Assembly: GCA_964252035.1 (NCBI GenBank)
Contig: OZ176213.1
Length of the DNA: 64,000 nt
Source: Podarcis erhardii
Taxonomy: Eukaryota
Strand: one strand, 5' to 3'
Under the pieces are notes generated by a model that saw only the letters and a list, made by a program, of their open reading frames with translations, ran no database searches and was not told the DNA's origin. This document shows, one piece after another, positions 46,755 through 58,427 of this stretch. Every line of letters begins with the position of its first letter. Positions within the stretch are counted from its first letter, which is position 1. A program made the position numbers and the translations under genes.

Positions 46755-48977
46755 CCTCCTGCCACGCCACTCTACACTGAGCTCCCTGTATCTTATCCCT
46801 CTCCCTCTGCACTGGCTGCTACTGGATCTGATGCAGCATAAGGCAGCTTCCTTAAAATTTTTGTCTTTCACTTGTTGTCTGAAGTGGTACAACCCTCTTT
46901 ACCACCACATTCAGCTGTGTGCATACATATGGCCTCTGAGCTGTTCCATCACAGAATGTGGCTAGCGGTAGACTGACAGGCCATGGTTCAAATCTTTGTT
47001 GTTATGAGCAATGGCCAACAGATAGGCCAGGGATTTTGCCACTGAATCAAGTTAAGATTGTAGATGTGGAAATGCATTTTTGTAATGCTCTCACACTCTT
47101 GCACATGCAGACACAAAACACCCGTCTATAAAAAGCTAGGACATTAGGGAGAAAGGTTTGGCATAGTTTTGTAGGTTACTAGTGGAGATTAGTGTAGACA
47201 CAGCTCATAATTCTACCACCTCAGTCAACCTCCCCATTCTGCATAATGTAAATACGCAGCTAGCTGCCTACATTTTCTTTTTCTGCTCCCCTTCCTGCTG
47301 CCACGTTAAGAGCTCCCCAGTGGACCGTTTGGTGTTGAGGGATAAGATGATTTTGCAGTCCTGACAATCAATCACAGGTGGCTAATTTTGCTGCACTGTT
47401 TTCTAGTGTGGAGCAGTGGCATTTAGAGGGGAGCATCCAGGGAATCGCCTGGAACCACCAGCTCCCATTGTCATAATTTTGGTACCAGAGTGCAAGAGGG
47501 AGAAATGTCGTGTTTTTATTTGCTAAGCTAGCAAGCCCCTTAGGGGAAGAGGCTTTTCCAGCCGTGGCCTCCCGCCACTTACTCAAAGTTCACAATAAAA
47601 GCATCTGTTTGATTTACCAGTTTATATAACATAATAAATCCTTAAATAAACTTCTGTCGAGCTGGCTCTGGGAACTCCTGTGAGGGTGCTTGCGCCAGCT
47701 GGGTCAAGAGCAGAATGTCATCAGCCGCCTTGTGGAAAGGCTTGTATTTCAAGCATTTAGATGCAGTAGAGCAGCCCTGGATTCCTTTGGTTCACTGGTA
47801 GCAGCTTAAGAGTTTCTTTTGCTTCAGCCTGAATTAAATCCTTTTTGATGACTCTCCTGAAAGAGAAGCCTGGAGATGGCTTTGGGAGGAAAGAAAAATG
47901 AAAGCAATGGATTGACAGTGTGCATTTAATAAATGTTAGTTATGATGCATTGAATCGCCAAGGGTAAAGATGTGCAGAGCATGGTTAGTGCACTAGGAAT
48001 GGATCTGGAAACATTTTAACTGTATGGTCAAGATTGGGGTGGAGGGATTGATTCTGCAAGTTTGCAGCAAAAGCTGGCCTTGGATAGTGCCAGCTGGATG
48101 ACACACCGATATGCCTCTGTTCTCAATCCCTGGAGCAACTGTTTTTAAAAACCCAGCCAGATGGGTGGGGTAAAATATTAATAATAATGCTTTATAAACA
48201 TATTAGTAGTTTATTCCATTTTATGAAACAAACACCATACAATAGTTAAAGGGAAAGTACAAAAACATTAGAAGATTACGTTCATAGTTTGAAATTCTCA
48301 AACATCTCAAATATTTTGGTTTTGTTAAAAATTAATTGGAACAAAGTAACGAGGTGGGTAAGTCCACCTAAAGCCAGATGACTCTTTTTTTATTTATTTG
48401 AGGGCTGCTTTCCCTCTTGGTCAGCCGTCTAAGGGGCCACATGCAAGCAATGGGCACAAGCAAGGCGGAAGTGGGCATGGCTATCTACTTGCCCATGCTC
48501 AAATACAGCACACACATCCCGCACATTTTCTTGTACACTCAAGCATGCGCGCACACCAAACCTGGACAACATTTAATGGGGATTAAACAGATTGACAGAG
48601 GATCAGTTCTAGCAGGGCTCTTCTGATGTCTATATACACTCATGCACCTGCACACTAACTCTCTCCTGCCCCAGCAATTAGGTCATGAAGGAGAGCATTT
48701 CAGACCAAATTGCTGTGGGGAGGGTGACCTCAGAGACTGCAGCTGCGGTGAATGCCCCTGAAAATGCCACCCACACCCGGGTACCACAATTAAATTTAGA
48801 AAGGTTTTCTATTCGCTCTGATAGAGCAGTTTTTCCAAGCCTAATCACTGTGTGTTTAGTGCATATATAAATGTGCAAGACTGGATTCAATGGTTTTATT
48901 ATACGTATATGCTTATTTTAATAAATATGTTGTGCATCATAGCATTTCATGTTTTTAATTACTTTTTTTATTTTTAG

Positions 48978-49021
48978 GACAGATTTTTGTGTCCACAAGG
49001 ATGTGCCCTGTGACACTGTGG
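48978..49021 (+). CDS. ADAMTS17: ADAMTS17 coding exon 7
   Basis: Acceptor TTTTTAG|; (R)TDFCVHKDVPCDTV(G); donor GTG G|GTAAGT; 44 nt, phase 2 to 1. Read manually. Confidence 0.96.
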
Positions 49022-50484
49022 GTAAGTAACTAAGCGATTACATTCCATTTTTACGAGGGTTGTTGAAACCAAGGCACTTAAGATGGTGTTGGAATCCAAC
49101 TCCCATCAGCTCCAGTCAGCATGGCCAGTGGTAAGGAATGATGGGAATTGTAGTCCAACAGTATCTGGAGAGCCACAGTTTGCCCAGTTCTTATCTATGT
49201 TGCCTTTATTTTATATGTGGAGTTTTCTGATCAAGCTCAGAAACCACTGTCACTAATTCCAGTGCGCATAAAACACTATAGGTAACTTGCAACTTACGGG
49301 GTATTTAACTTGTAGGCATTTAGCTTTACCTGCTTGGCAAAAAACTTAAAAAAAAAAAATTAAAGGGAGAAGACAGAGGGTGGGCATGTGGGCAAAAAAA
49401 GTTAGGCAATGTCACCCACCATTGAACCCAATATGTTTTGACGCAGAGTAACCCCTGCGTAAGTTGAGTCGCCTGTACGTAATACATTTGCATATTCATA
49501 TTTATTCCCTCAACTTTTTCTACACCGTGTGCTAGACCTGGCAATTAATTCATCTTTGCTTAATTGGTTTGACATTGTGACACTGGAAATTGTAGAACTG
49601 TAGAGTGAAGTTGCCAAGGCAATCAGCATCTGGGTTAACTCTTGCTAAACTGAACTATTCTGCATTGTAAATAAGAAATGAATGTCCTAAAACTGAAGCT
49701 TACAAGGAATAAATCGGAGTACTTTGAATGAAAATGCAAGGCAATTAAGGGAAAAGGAATGTTCTATAAGAGTATCATGTACTGCTAGAGCCAAACCCTG
49801 ATAATCATCTATGTCCCATAGACTGGGAGTGGGGAGCATTTTTTCAATCTGAGGGTCACATTGTCTTATGGACAACCTTCCAGGACGGGGGCACATACCA
49901 GTGATGGGTGGGGCTAGAAGCAAAGGTGGGTGGGGCAATAAATGCAAATTTTACCTTTGTACAATAGAAGAATTTCTGCACATGCTCACACAGCCCTCTC
50001 TGTCTTCTGCCAGCCAAACAAGAGGTATTATCATAGTTCAAGGAAACAGTGCAGCCAGGCTAAAACATATAAGGAGAGTACAAAGAAGGGCTCTTAAGGG
50101 AGAAAGGGTGTGCGGCCTGGGGAATGTTCTGAAGGCCAGATAGAGTGGCCCCTAGCATAGACTTTTGTGGTAGAAAATAGTAACGTACTGTAGAAAATTA
50201 AACTGTATAGTAACATACTGTAGAAAATTAAACAGGAAAATTAAATACATTTCCAGGATCCATCCTTTCTTAGACGATTGCATGGCAAGGATTGTACAGT
50301 AACTTCCCTGTTTATATCAATGGGAATTTGGCTGGATCGTGCTGCTTGGGTATATCTACAGTACAAGCCTCTATCAGTTTTCTTTCTGTTTAAATGTCAT
50401 AGCTTCCTCCAAATATACTAAGGAATTGCTGAATGTGTTAGAGATCCCTAATGCCGCTTCTATAACTGTATATACCAGATTTTC

Positions 50485-50486
<2 letters not shown>

Positions 50487-50524
<38 letters not shown>
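50487..50524. repeat. (TG)19 microsatellite
   Basis: Directly visible. Confidence 0.96.
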
Positions 50525-50525
<1 letters not shown>

Positions 50526-50588
50526 TTGACAGCTAAAACAGCTTTAGTGTAGGATGGCAAGGTAAAAAGGAGGGCAGAGCTCCTATAC

Positions 50589-50716
50589 CAGGGGTACCCA
50601 ATGTGGAGCTCTCCAGATGTTAGACTACAAATCAGATCAGTCACAGGTAGCATAGCCAGTGGCCAGGATGAAGGGAATCCATCAACATCTGGAGGTCACC
50701 AGGTTGGCTGTCCCTA
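50589..50716. mobile_element. Degraded palindromic hAT MITE
   Basis: CAGGGGTACCCAA... / ...GGTTGGCTGTCCCTA; TSD TCCTATAC / TCCTACAC. Confidence 0.65.
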
Positions 50717-51116
50717 TCCTACACCTTTAGCACTTGTGTAGAAGCAGGAATTTCAGTAGGTGTAGCATACCTAACAATAGTACACTGTTTGATGCTTTAT
50801 TTTCTTTGCCATACCTGACCTGTTCATCCCAATGCACCTACAATCATGGGGCACATAATATACATAGAGAACAGATTCAAGGATAAGGCTAAGGCAAGTT
50901 GGTTAACCTGTGTCTACTTGGGTTATTTTGCACCTTTTACGTAATTATGTTGGTTTTTGTAGTTTCACTGACTTTTTTTCTTGCTTGTAAGCTGCCTTGG
51001 GGATTCTAGTAAGGTAAAATAGAAATGTTTTAAATAATAAAATGTGATAGTTGAGGACTCATAGTTAAGTATAGAGTATTCATAGTATAACTTACATAGT
51101 TCAGTTTAGTTGGGTA

Positions 51117-51253
51117 CAGTGGCGAAGCGTGGGGGTACAGGGGGGCCCGGGCGCAACATCTGGGGGTTAGGGTTAGGGGGCGCAAATCCACGGGTTAGGG
51201 GGCGCAAATTACTTGCCTTGCCCCGGGTGCTGACAACCCACACTACGCCACTG
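51117..51253. mobile_element. hAT MITE, 137 bp, containing TTAGGG repeats
   Basis: TIR CAGTGGCGAAGCGTG / CACACTACGCCACTG; perfect TSD GTTGGGTA at 51109-51116 and 51254-51261. Confidence 0.9.
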
Positions 51254-54200
51254 GTTGGGTAGGAGCAAAACTCTAGTCCTTAGAAATGTGTATTTTGTGA
51301 TTCAGTTAGTCACACTTGGATGGATTTAAGCTAATTTACTCAATCAATTTCAATGGGATGAAGAATCTGAACTCTTTGGATTTAACCAAAAGAATTTCTT
51401 GATGGTTGAAATGTTATCCTTCTTAATGTATCTTTCTCTGTCTTGAAGCGATGAATGCTTTACATATCATGTACTCAAACCCCTTCTAAAGTGCAGGATG
51501 GGAGCATCCTCATTCTGGAATCTTTTCTGTAAAAAAAAAAAAAAACCTGGAAAAAAAAAAAGAAATGTGTATTTTGTGTGAAGACTTTATTGCATGTTTC
51601 GGAGAAGTAGATATTTTTTCAGCTTTAATATTTCCTTGCTATATCTGCTTTCTGTTAACATTATAGCACTAAGCATATTTTCTCAGAAGTAAGTCTCTCT
51701 GGGATTTATGCCCCCAAAAAGTGTGTTTAGGATTATAACTGTAGACTTTATCAAATACTCAGTTTGTGTTTGCAGATTTTAGTACAGTCATAAAGGGGAG
51801 GAATTTGGAAACTTCCACTTTTGACTAACTAAAGCTTGCTGCGTTGCCTGTATCTGCACGTATCATTAGTATTAACCATGGTTAGCTTAAACTATCCAGC
51901 TTCAGTAACTGTGGTTGAAAGTTAGCCTTTCTGAAACTAAACAATTTGGTCTGATGTCAGTATAAGGCATCTTCTTATGTTCCTAATGAGCACAATTCCC
52001 TTTTCAGCTGCCCAGAGAACTTTTATGTTAAGTGTCGGCACACAAATAACATAAATTAATTAATTTAAAAATGATGGCTATGCACAGTGGCCAGTGTTTC
52101 TGTGTATTCTCCATTCAACTTGTATTAAGCCAGATATATCTAATGATCCAGATTCTGCACAAACCGAAGTATTTTCTTGGAAGCTGTGCTTGCTGGAGAG
52201 AGAAAAATGGCACCAGGCGGCTTGCATTTGTATCTTGGCAGGGTGTGCTTGCTGGAATGGATTGCTCAGGGAATGGAATTCAACTGCCAAGGTAGCTTTG
52301 AAGGTTACATAATGACTCAACCAAGCTCAAAAATGGGGAAAAAATATGTAGGTATGTATATGCGGGATAAGACTGTGCTGGCTGCTCCAAGAATCAGAAC
52401 AACCACATTTGTGTTGGAAAGAGTCTGCTGGCACTTAATGTATTTGCTCAATTGGTTACCTGGCCCCAAAGGACAGCTGAATTCTTTCTTTATTTGAAAA
52501 AAGAGAGAGAGAAAGGAGGATTTAATGGAAAAGGCATGCAAATTTCTAGCAATAGCATTGTAAGCAGCGTAACTGCAAAGAACCCACAGCCTCGCCCCCC
52601 GCTCCCCGCCCCCCACCCCCCACTAGTACTGAAATGCAGGCGGCCTTGCTTTTATGCCGTTCAGGGTTCCCTGTTGACAGAAGCTAGTTAAACAGTCTGT
52701 GGGCTGCAGCCGTCAGCCCTCAGCCATATCTCTCGTGTTGTGACTTGAATCAGTTCTCCTGTTTCCTGCTGAAATCTCTGTTCCAGCCATGCTGCCTTTG
52801 AGCGAGCCAAACAGTGAGAGTTCAGCGTCTCGCTCTTAATATCCTGTGGAAGGAGACTGGACGAGCTTTGCATAGCTTGTCAGAGTCTAACCTTGTTTTG
52901 TAGGCCAGCATGTTTGTAACCCTTTGCAGGTTTTAGGGCAATCTCCTTTGCTCTTGCAGCCCACAGTGAAAATGTTAGACATGAATTGAGTTTAAAGAGT
53001 CACAACTTTTTTTGTAATAGCAACTATCTGCAATTGGATGACCTTAGCTTAGCTATTTCCTGGGGGCATCCCTAACTTGAGGATAAATCTGGGAGAAGTT
53101 CCTACCCTCTCCCTATTTGAGTGATATCACCAGGCACTGGATCTGAAAATTTACTCGTTTCCTATGTCCTGAATCGGCCTTCACCATGGGAGTTGTGTTA
53201 GTCATTAAGAATATATGAGAAGCCCCAGTGGATCAGGCCAAAGGCCCATCTGGTCCAGCATCCTATTCCCAGAGCAGCCAGCTTGAGGGCTCGTATAGGG
53301 AGCCATCAAGCAGAACCTGAGTACAACAGAACATTCAAGACATTGAGGGGGCAGGAAGCAGTGATGACTGCCAGGAGGCAGCTGGTGAGAGTACTTCCAC
53401 TGCCATCACTAAATATTTTGCCCAGCCCCTCCCCCAAATCAATGAAGTAGTGCCTGGCTCATCCTTCACCTCTTCCAGTTTTCCACCAAAAGTACTCATT
53501 TGAGAATTTTCGGCTCAGCCCGAGTTTTATTGTGTGCTATATATGGTTCATATCTTACCTCAATGGCAAGTGTGTCATTCCAGCTGCACTTAAAGATGCC
53601 CTCCCTTTGCAGTTAGCCATTCAAAACTGCCAAAGTTTTCTACATGATTGTATACTGGTATAGTAAATCTAATTGCTGTCCTTAACTGGCAGAGGTAATT
53701 TTGGTTTTGCTCCACCCTGTTCACTTTACTAGAATCTTTGAAATAAACATTTTTAGCCTTTTTGTGCCTCGGTATCAGCGTGCAGAATATTGTCTACCAA
53801 AAGCAACCTAATTCCAATTTCATTGTAATTTAAAGCACATCCTTTACATATCTCAGAAAGCAGGCAATCGTATATGCAGTTGGACTGGCTGAAGACACAA
53901 GCCGAACTGATGTCCAGCTAAGAAACTTCAGCCAAACAAATGTCAACAAAGGCTTTTTGGAATCCTTCCCAGCTACTGGGTGTGTGAGGCATGAGGTCTG
54001 TTTGGAGGCAGATGTGGACGGAATAGCTTAAGCGTGTTAGAACTGGAGGCGGGATGTTCCATGGAGAGAATTGCAACTCCTGGAGTTTATCACTTTTGGG
54101 TGTTGCCAAAGCTTTAAAATAAGGTCCAGTGAGAACTGTAGTGTATTGCGGGGGGGGGGGAGGTTTTGTAAACACTTCTTGAAGACCCAAAGAGCACTTC

Positions 54201-56818
54201 ATGGCCAATATGCAAATATTTCTTATAGTTAGCTTTTTAAAACTCTAATTCCATGTACATTTACTGGCAAATGAAGCCCACTGAATACAGTGGGATTTAC
54301 TTCTGAGTAAACACACTTGACATTGGCTTGCACAGCTGTGGTCCTCACACTTATTCGAAATCACTGGGACTGTCTGAACATAGCCAAGTTTAAGATGGGC
54401 CAATAATCAGATTCCAGACCAGGCATACAAACAAGTGGGATGAGGCAAAGAAAGGAGAGGCGAGTTTGTTCTAAATATGAGTGGGTCCAACTGAGGTGCT
54501 AGGCTTTATGGTACAGATAGATCTTGACTTGCTTGTGGGTTCAGCTTTCAGAAACCAGGCTGGTGCTGAAGTCTAGAGGGCTCCCTTGACTCACAGAACT
54601 TCTTATGAGCAGCACCGGACATAAGGCATTGGAGACTGGCTGCTGGAAGCCCTGTTTTCAGACCCCACATTCCCATCAGCACTTTGCAGACTTCTAAGTG
54701 TAAACATGCATACGATTGGACTGTATAGCTAGAACCCTATGCACACTTTTCTGGGAGTAATTACCATTAAACACAATGAAACACATTTCCAAATAAACAT
54801 GCATAGTGATCAGGTATTACCTTAGCTGTAATTATAGGTTTTGCTAGTATTCTGCAGTTTATTTTAAAAATGCATACGCTGCCTCATTTTCAAAGAGCTT
54901 AAGCTAATAAGTGAAATTCAGTACTCCGGAGTGTGAACATTAAAAACTCAGCAACTTCACTGCTGAGAAAATGCAAATCCCATCTAATCTCAACACTGAG
55001 ATAAATCCATGCTCAGATTCTTGCTGACGATTGGCCTTTTGCCACTTCCTTAGGATATCTCCAGGAGTCTTTCCAGATGTATCCATTTGCCACATACAGT
55101 GGTCATGGACTTGTACTCAACTTCTTGTGACAGTGTTCTTGGAGTTTACATTTTGCATGCAAGCAGTAAAGCTGTGCAGGCCATTCCCACACTTGCGAAG
55201 ATAGCACAGTTTCCCCTTCCATGCCATTTCAGCCACCAGGGACAGTCTTTTAGTATTTGTTTAGTTTGGATTTAGGTTCTGGTGCTGGTACTTGAGTTCT
55301 GTGGTTTACAGGTTGAAAGCATTCGTTCTGTGTAGCTATTTTGCTGGTGTCTTAGAGCTCTGAACAGTCTCTTCGGTCTGAAATACCTGCTTTGGGATGC
55401 CCTGTGCCCCTAGCAAGAGCCTAGAACTTTATTAAATAACTGTATACCTTTATTAATAGTGCAGGTCTTTGACCCCTTTTGTATGTCATGTGAGTAGTAA
55501 TGAAATAAAATGTTCCAATTACTTATGAGGAAGCAGGGTTAGAATTGTTGCATTTTTTCCTGAGTGTCTCAAGAGAGCACGAAGGTGTTGAAGGCTCTAC
55601 TGGGATTGTTCATCAGTTGTGTTTTTAGTTGGACAGCAAGATTTAGTTGGGTAATTGGTAGGGGCCAATTTTATTCAGAAAGAACACATTCCAATTAGCA
55701 GAGTTGGCATACATATTTTTGGGATATTTAGGTCTCTCTGTGTTGCTGTAATAGGGAATGCAAAACTTTCCAAGGTTTAGCCGGTGTAAAACGATTGTGA
55801 CAGCTGGTATGATCAGATTGAGAGCAATACACATTCAGCATAATTGTGTGCGCGCACACACCCACATTTATGCCTGGAAGCTGTTTATGTTGCTTTTAAT
55901 CCAGAGGATTTGTTGGGAAATGTTAGGCATCCCATCACATGGCATTTCATATTCGATTCCTCAGTAACAGGGACCGTTAAGCAAAGTCAGTGCAAAACTG
56001 TCGCTGTTTAAGCTGTGGCTGTGGCAAATATTTTCCACTTTTGATATTCAGTTTGAAAGTAGCTCATTCTATGCAACTGAATAGATTCCTGGGGGGTGCG
56101 GAAATCATTTTACTCAGCATTATATTGTTTCTCTAGGGTATATGGGGTGTTAGAGATGGGGTGGGGGACATGCCATGCTCCTTCTGGGGTAGTTTGTCCA
56201 CCTTTGGTCTTCAGCCTGTACTCTGCTCTCACCTGTGGTTCCTAGAAGCTGTCAGCATGCGACAGCAGCCACACCCTGGGAACAGCTTTGACTGGCCAGC
56301 TAAACCAGGCGAGGGTAGACAATGAGTCTCAAACCCTCCATGAGTTTGGGACTTTCCCTGCATGTGAAGACAAGCTCAAGCAGATTGAGCGGACGAGTCC
56401 AAGAGTGGCCCAATGGTCAAGAAGGCATTTTCTGCTCATGCTATAGAGCGAAGTGAGGGGCAGATGGGGCTCATCAACCTGGGAAGGTAGCCTCTGGAAA
56501 CCTCTGATCCTAAACCTCCTTTGCTTTGTGGGACATCTTTGAGAGAAGAAAAGGCTAAATGAGTAAACCCTACACAAATCTGGCGTGGAGTCCCTATGAC
56601 AGTTGGATGGTGCCTTGTACACTTTCTTCCAGCAACTTCTGCAGCCAAACTGGTGCCAAACGTATTGTTCTGCTTTCCTTTAGACCACATCAGCGAGGCT
56701 GAGAGGGGGGTCTTGTTGTCTGGGCAGCCCAGAGCCTCCATACACACTGCCCAGGCTTGCGCCTTGGGGAGTGCAAAGAACAGCTGCTGTTTGATTTGCA
56801 TATTGTTTTAATCAGGTA

Positions 56819-57155
56819 TGGTAAAGGTAAAGGTACCCCGACCATTAGGTCCAGTCACGGACGACTCTGGGGTTGTGGCGCTCATCTCACTCTGCAGACA
56901 GCTTCCGGGTCATGTGGCCAGCATGACTAAGCCGCTTCTGGTGAACCAGAGCAGCGCACGGAAACGGCGTTTACCTTCCCGCCGGAGCAGTACCTATTTA
57001 TCTATTTGCACTTTGGCGTGCTTTCGAACCGCTAGGTTGGCAGGAGCTGGGACTGAGCAACGGGAGCTCATTCCGCCGCGGGGATTCAAACTGCCGACCT
57101 TCTGATCGGCAAGCCCTAGGCTCTGTGGTTTAGACCACAGCGCCACCTGTGTCCC
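56819..57155 (-). mobile_element. Sauria SINE
   Basis: Full-length reverse copy; TSD TTTAATCAGGTA at 56807-56818 and 57156-57167. Confidence 0.93.
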
Positions 57156-58013
57156 TTTAATCAGGTAGATTCACATTAAAATTCTAACCAAATTGAATTT
57201 CTCCCCCATCTCTTATCTAATGTGAGATTATGGGTGCTTGAGAACAGAATCATATGGAATGCCACAGCCAATAGAATTAAAAGTCAGTGGTGGCCAATTA
57301 GCGAGGGCAAGGAAGAAGAAATGAAATGAAGCTATTAAGTCATGTTTGTGTGTTATCCTCATAAGAATGAATGAATGAGTTAGCCTCATAAAGGAATTAT
57401 AAGAAAGAGTAGGACCACACTGCTGCCCTATCCTTGCCGTTGTGTATGTATGACCATCTCTGCACATTCAGCAAAGGTTTGAGCAGAGAACAAATTGCCA
57501 TTGTGTAAGTTGCATGGAGGAGCCTGTGCAAGTACAGCCAGCTTCCCCTTCAGATCTTGGTCAAACATGCAAACACCAGCGGGTGGCATTGACAGTGTGC
57601 AGTAGCAGTTAGAGGGTGGGGTGATGCCGCTTACCTGATCTCCCAGTGCATGAAACTTGTTAGTTCCTTGCTTCTCATCTTCCTAATACACCACAGTGGT
57701 AGTGGTGACAGGAGATCACGTAAGCAGTGCCCCCACCGCCACCCAACCACTTCTGGTAGGGTGGAAACATTGCTTTTATCTTCCTTGAACATTTTAAATG
57801 GAAAGACAGAATAAAAAACTATTTTAATAAACAAACAAACACAGGTGTGTTTACAACCAGTGCCGAAAAATTGGAGGTCATTGCCAGCACAAAAAGAAAG
57901 CAGTTTCAGCCTTAGATCAGATGGCAGGAATTTTCACCATTTCGTTTTTTGAAGTGAAATTCACAGAGTGGGAAAAATCCAGAGGCGGAGCACTGATTTG
58001 GATGGTGATATCA

Positions 58014-58427
58014 GTAGGACTGAGGGGGGAGTTGCTTTGGTTTGCATTTTACTGTGAAGCTACCCAATTTCCACTTCCCAAAACAGTGCATAAACTGAAA
58101 TGTAGCTATCCTTCAAACTGTGCACTTCTGTGAACTCTGCAATGCAGTTCTCTAAGTCAGTAATGCGTACAAAAATATGACAGTGTACATAACGATGTAT
58201 ATAATAGTTAAGATAATGTATGAGAGTGCATTATATTGGGGAGGGAATCGCTTGCAAAAATGTGTATATTGCAAAAATTGGATTTTAAAAATATACATTT
58301 GGATAAATTTGCATTAAAATGCTGACATATGTTTGTGATGACTTGTAAACTGATTTGGAAATGCAGAGAACTGAACTTAAAGACTAGGAAAATGAGAAAC
58401 AGAGAGAAACCAAAAGTGGCATCCCTA
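58014..58427. mobile_element. Degraded AT-rich non-autonomous DNA element
   Basis: Ends tagga(c)tg... / ...catcccta; internal repeats of caaaaatgtgtatatt. A related fragment lies at about 32655-32760. No TSD seen. Confidence 0.55.

Noticed and set aside
57576-57588. CTCF loop anchor pairing with the promoter CTCF site
   Set aside because: Weaker motif with two mismatches, and its orientation is divergent rather than convergent relative to the 2753-2768 site.
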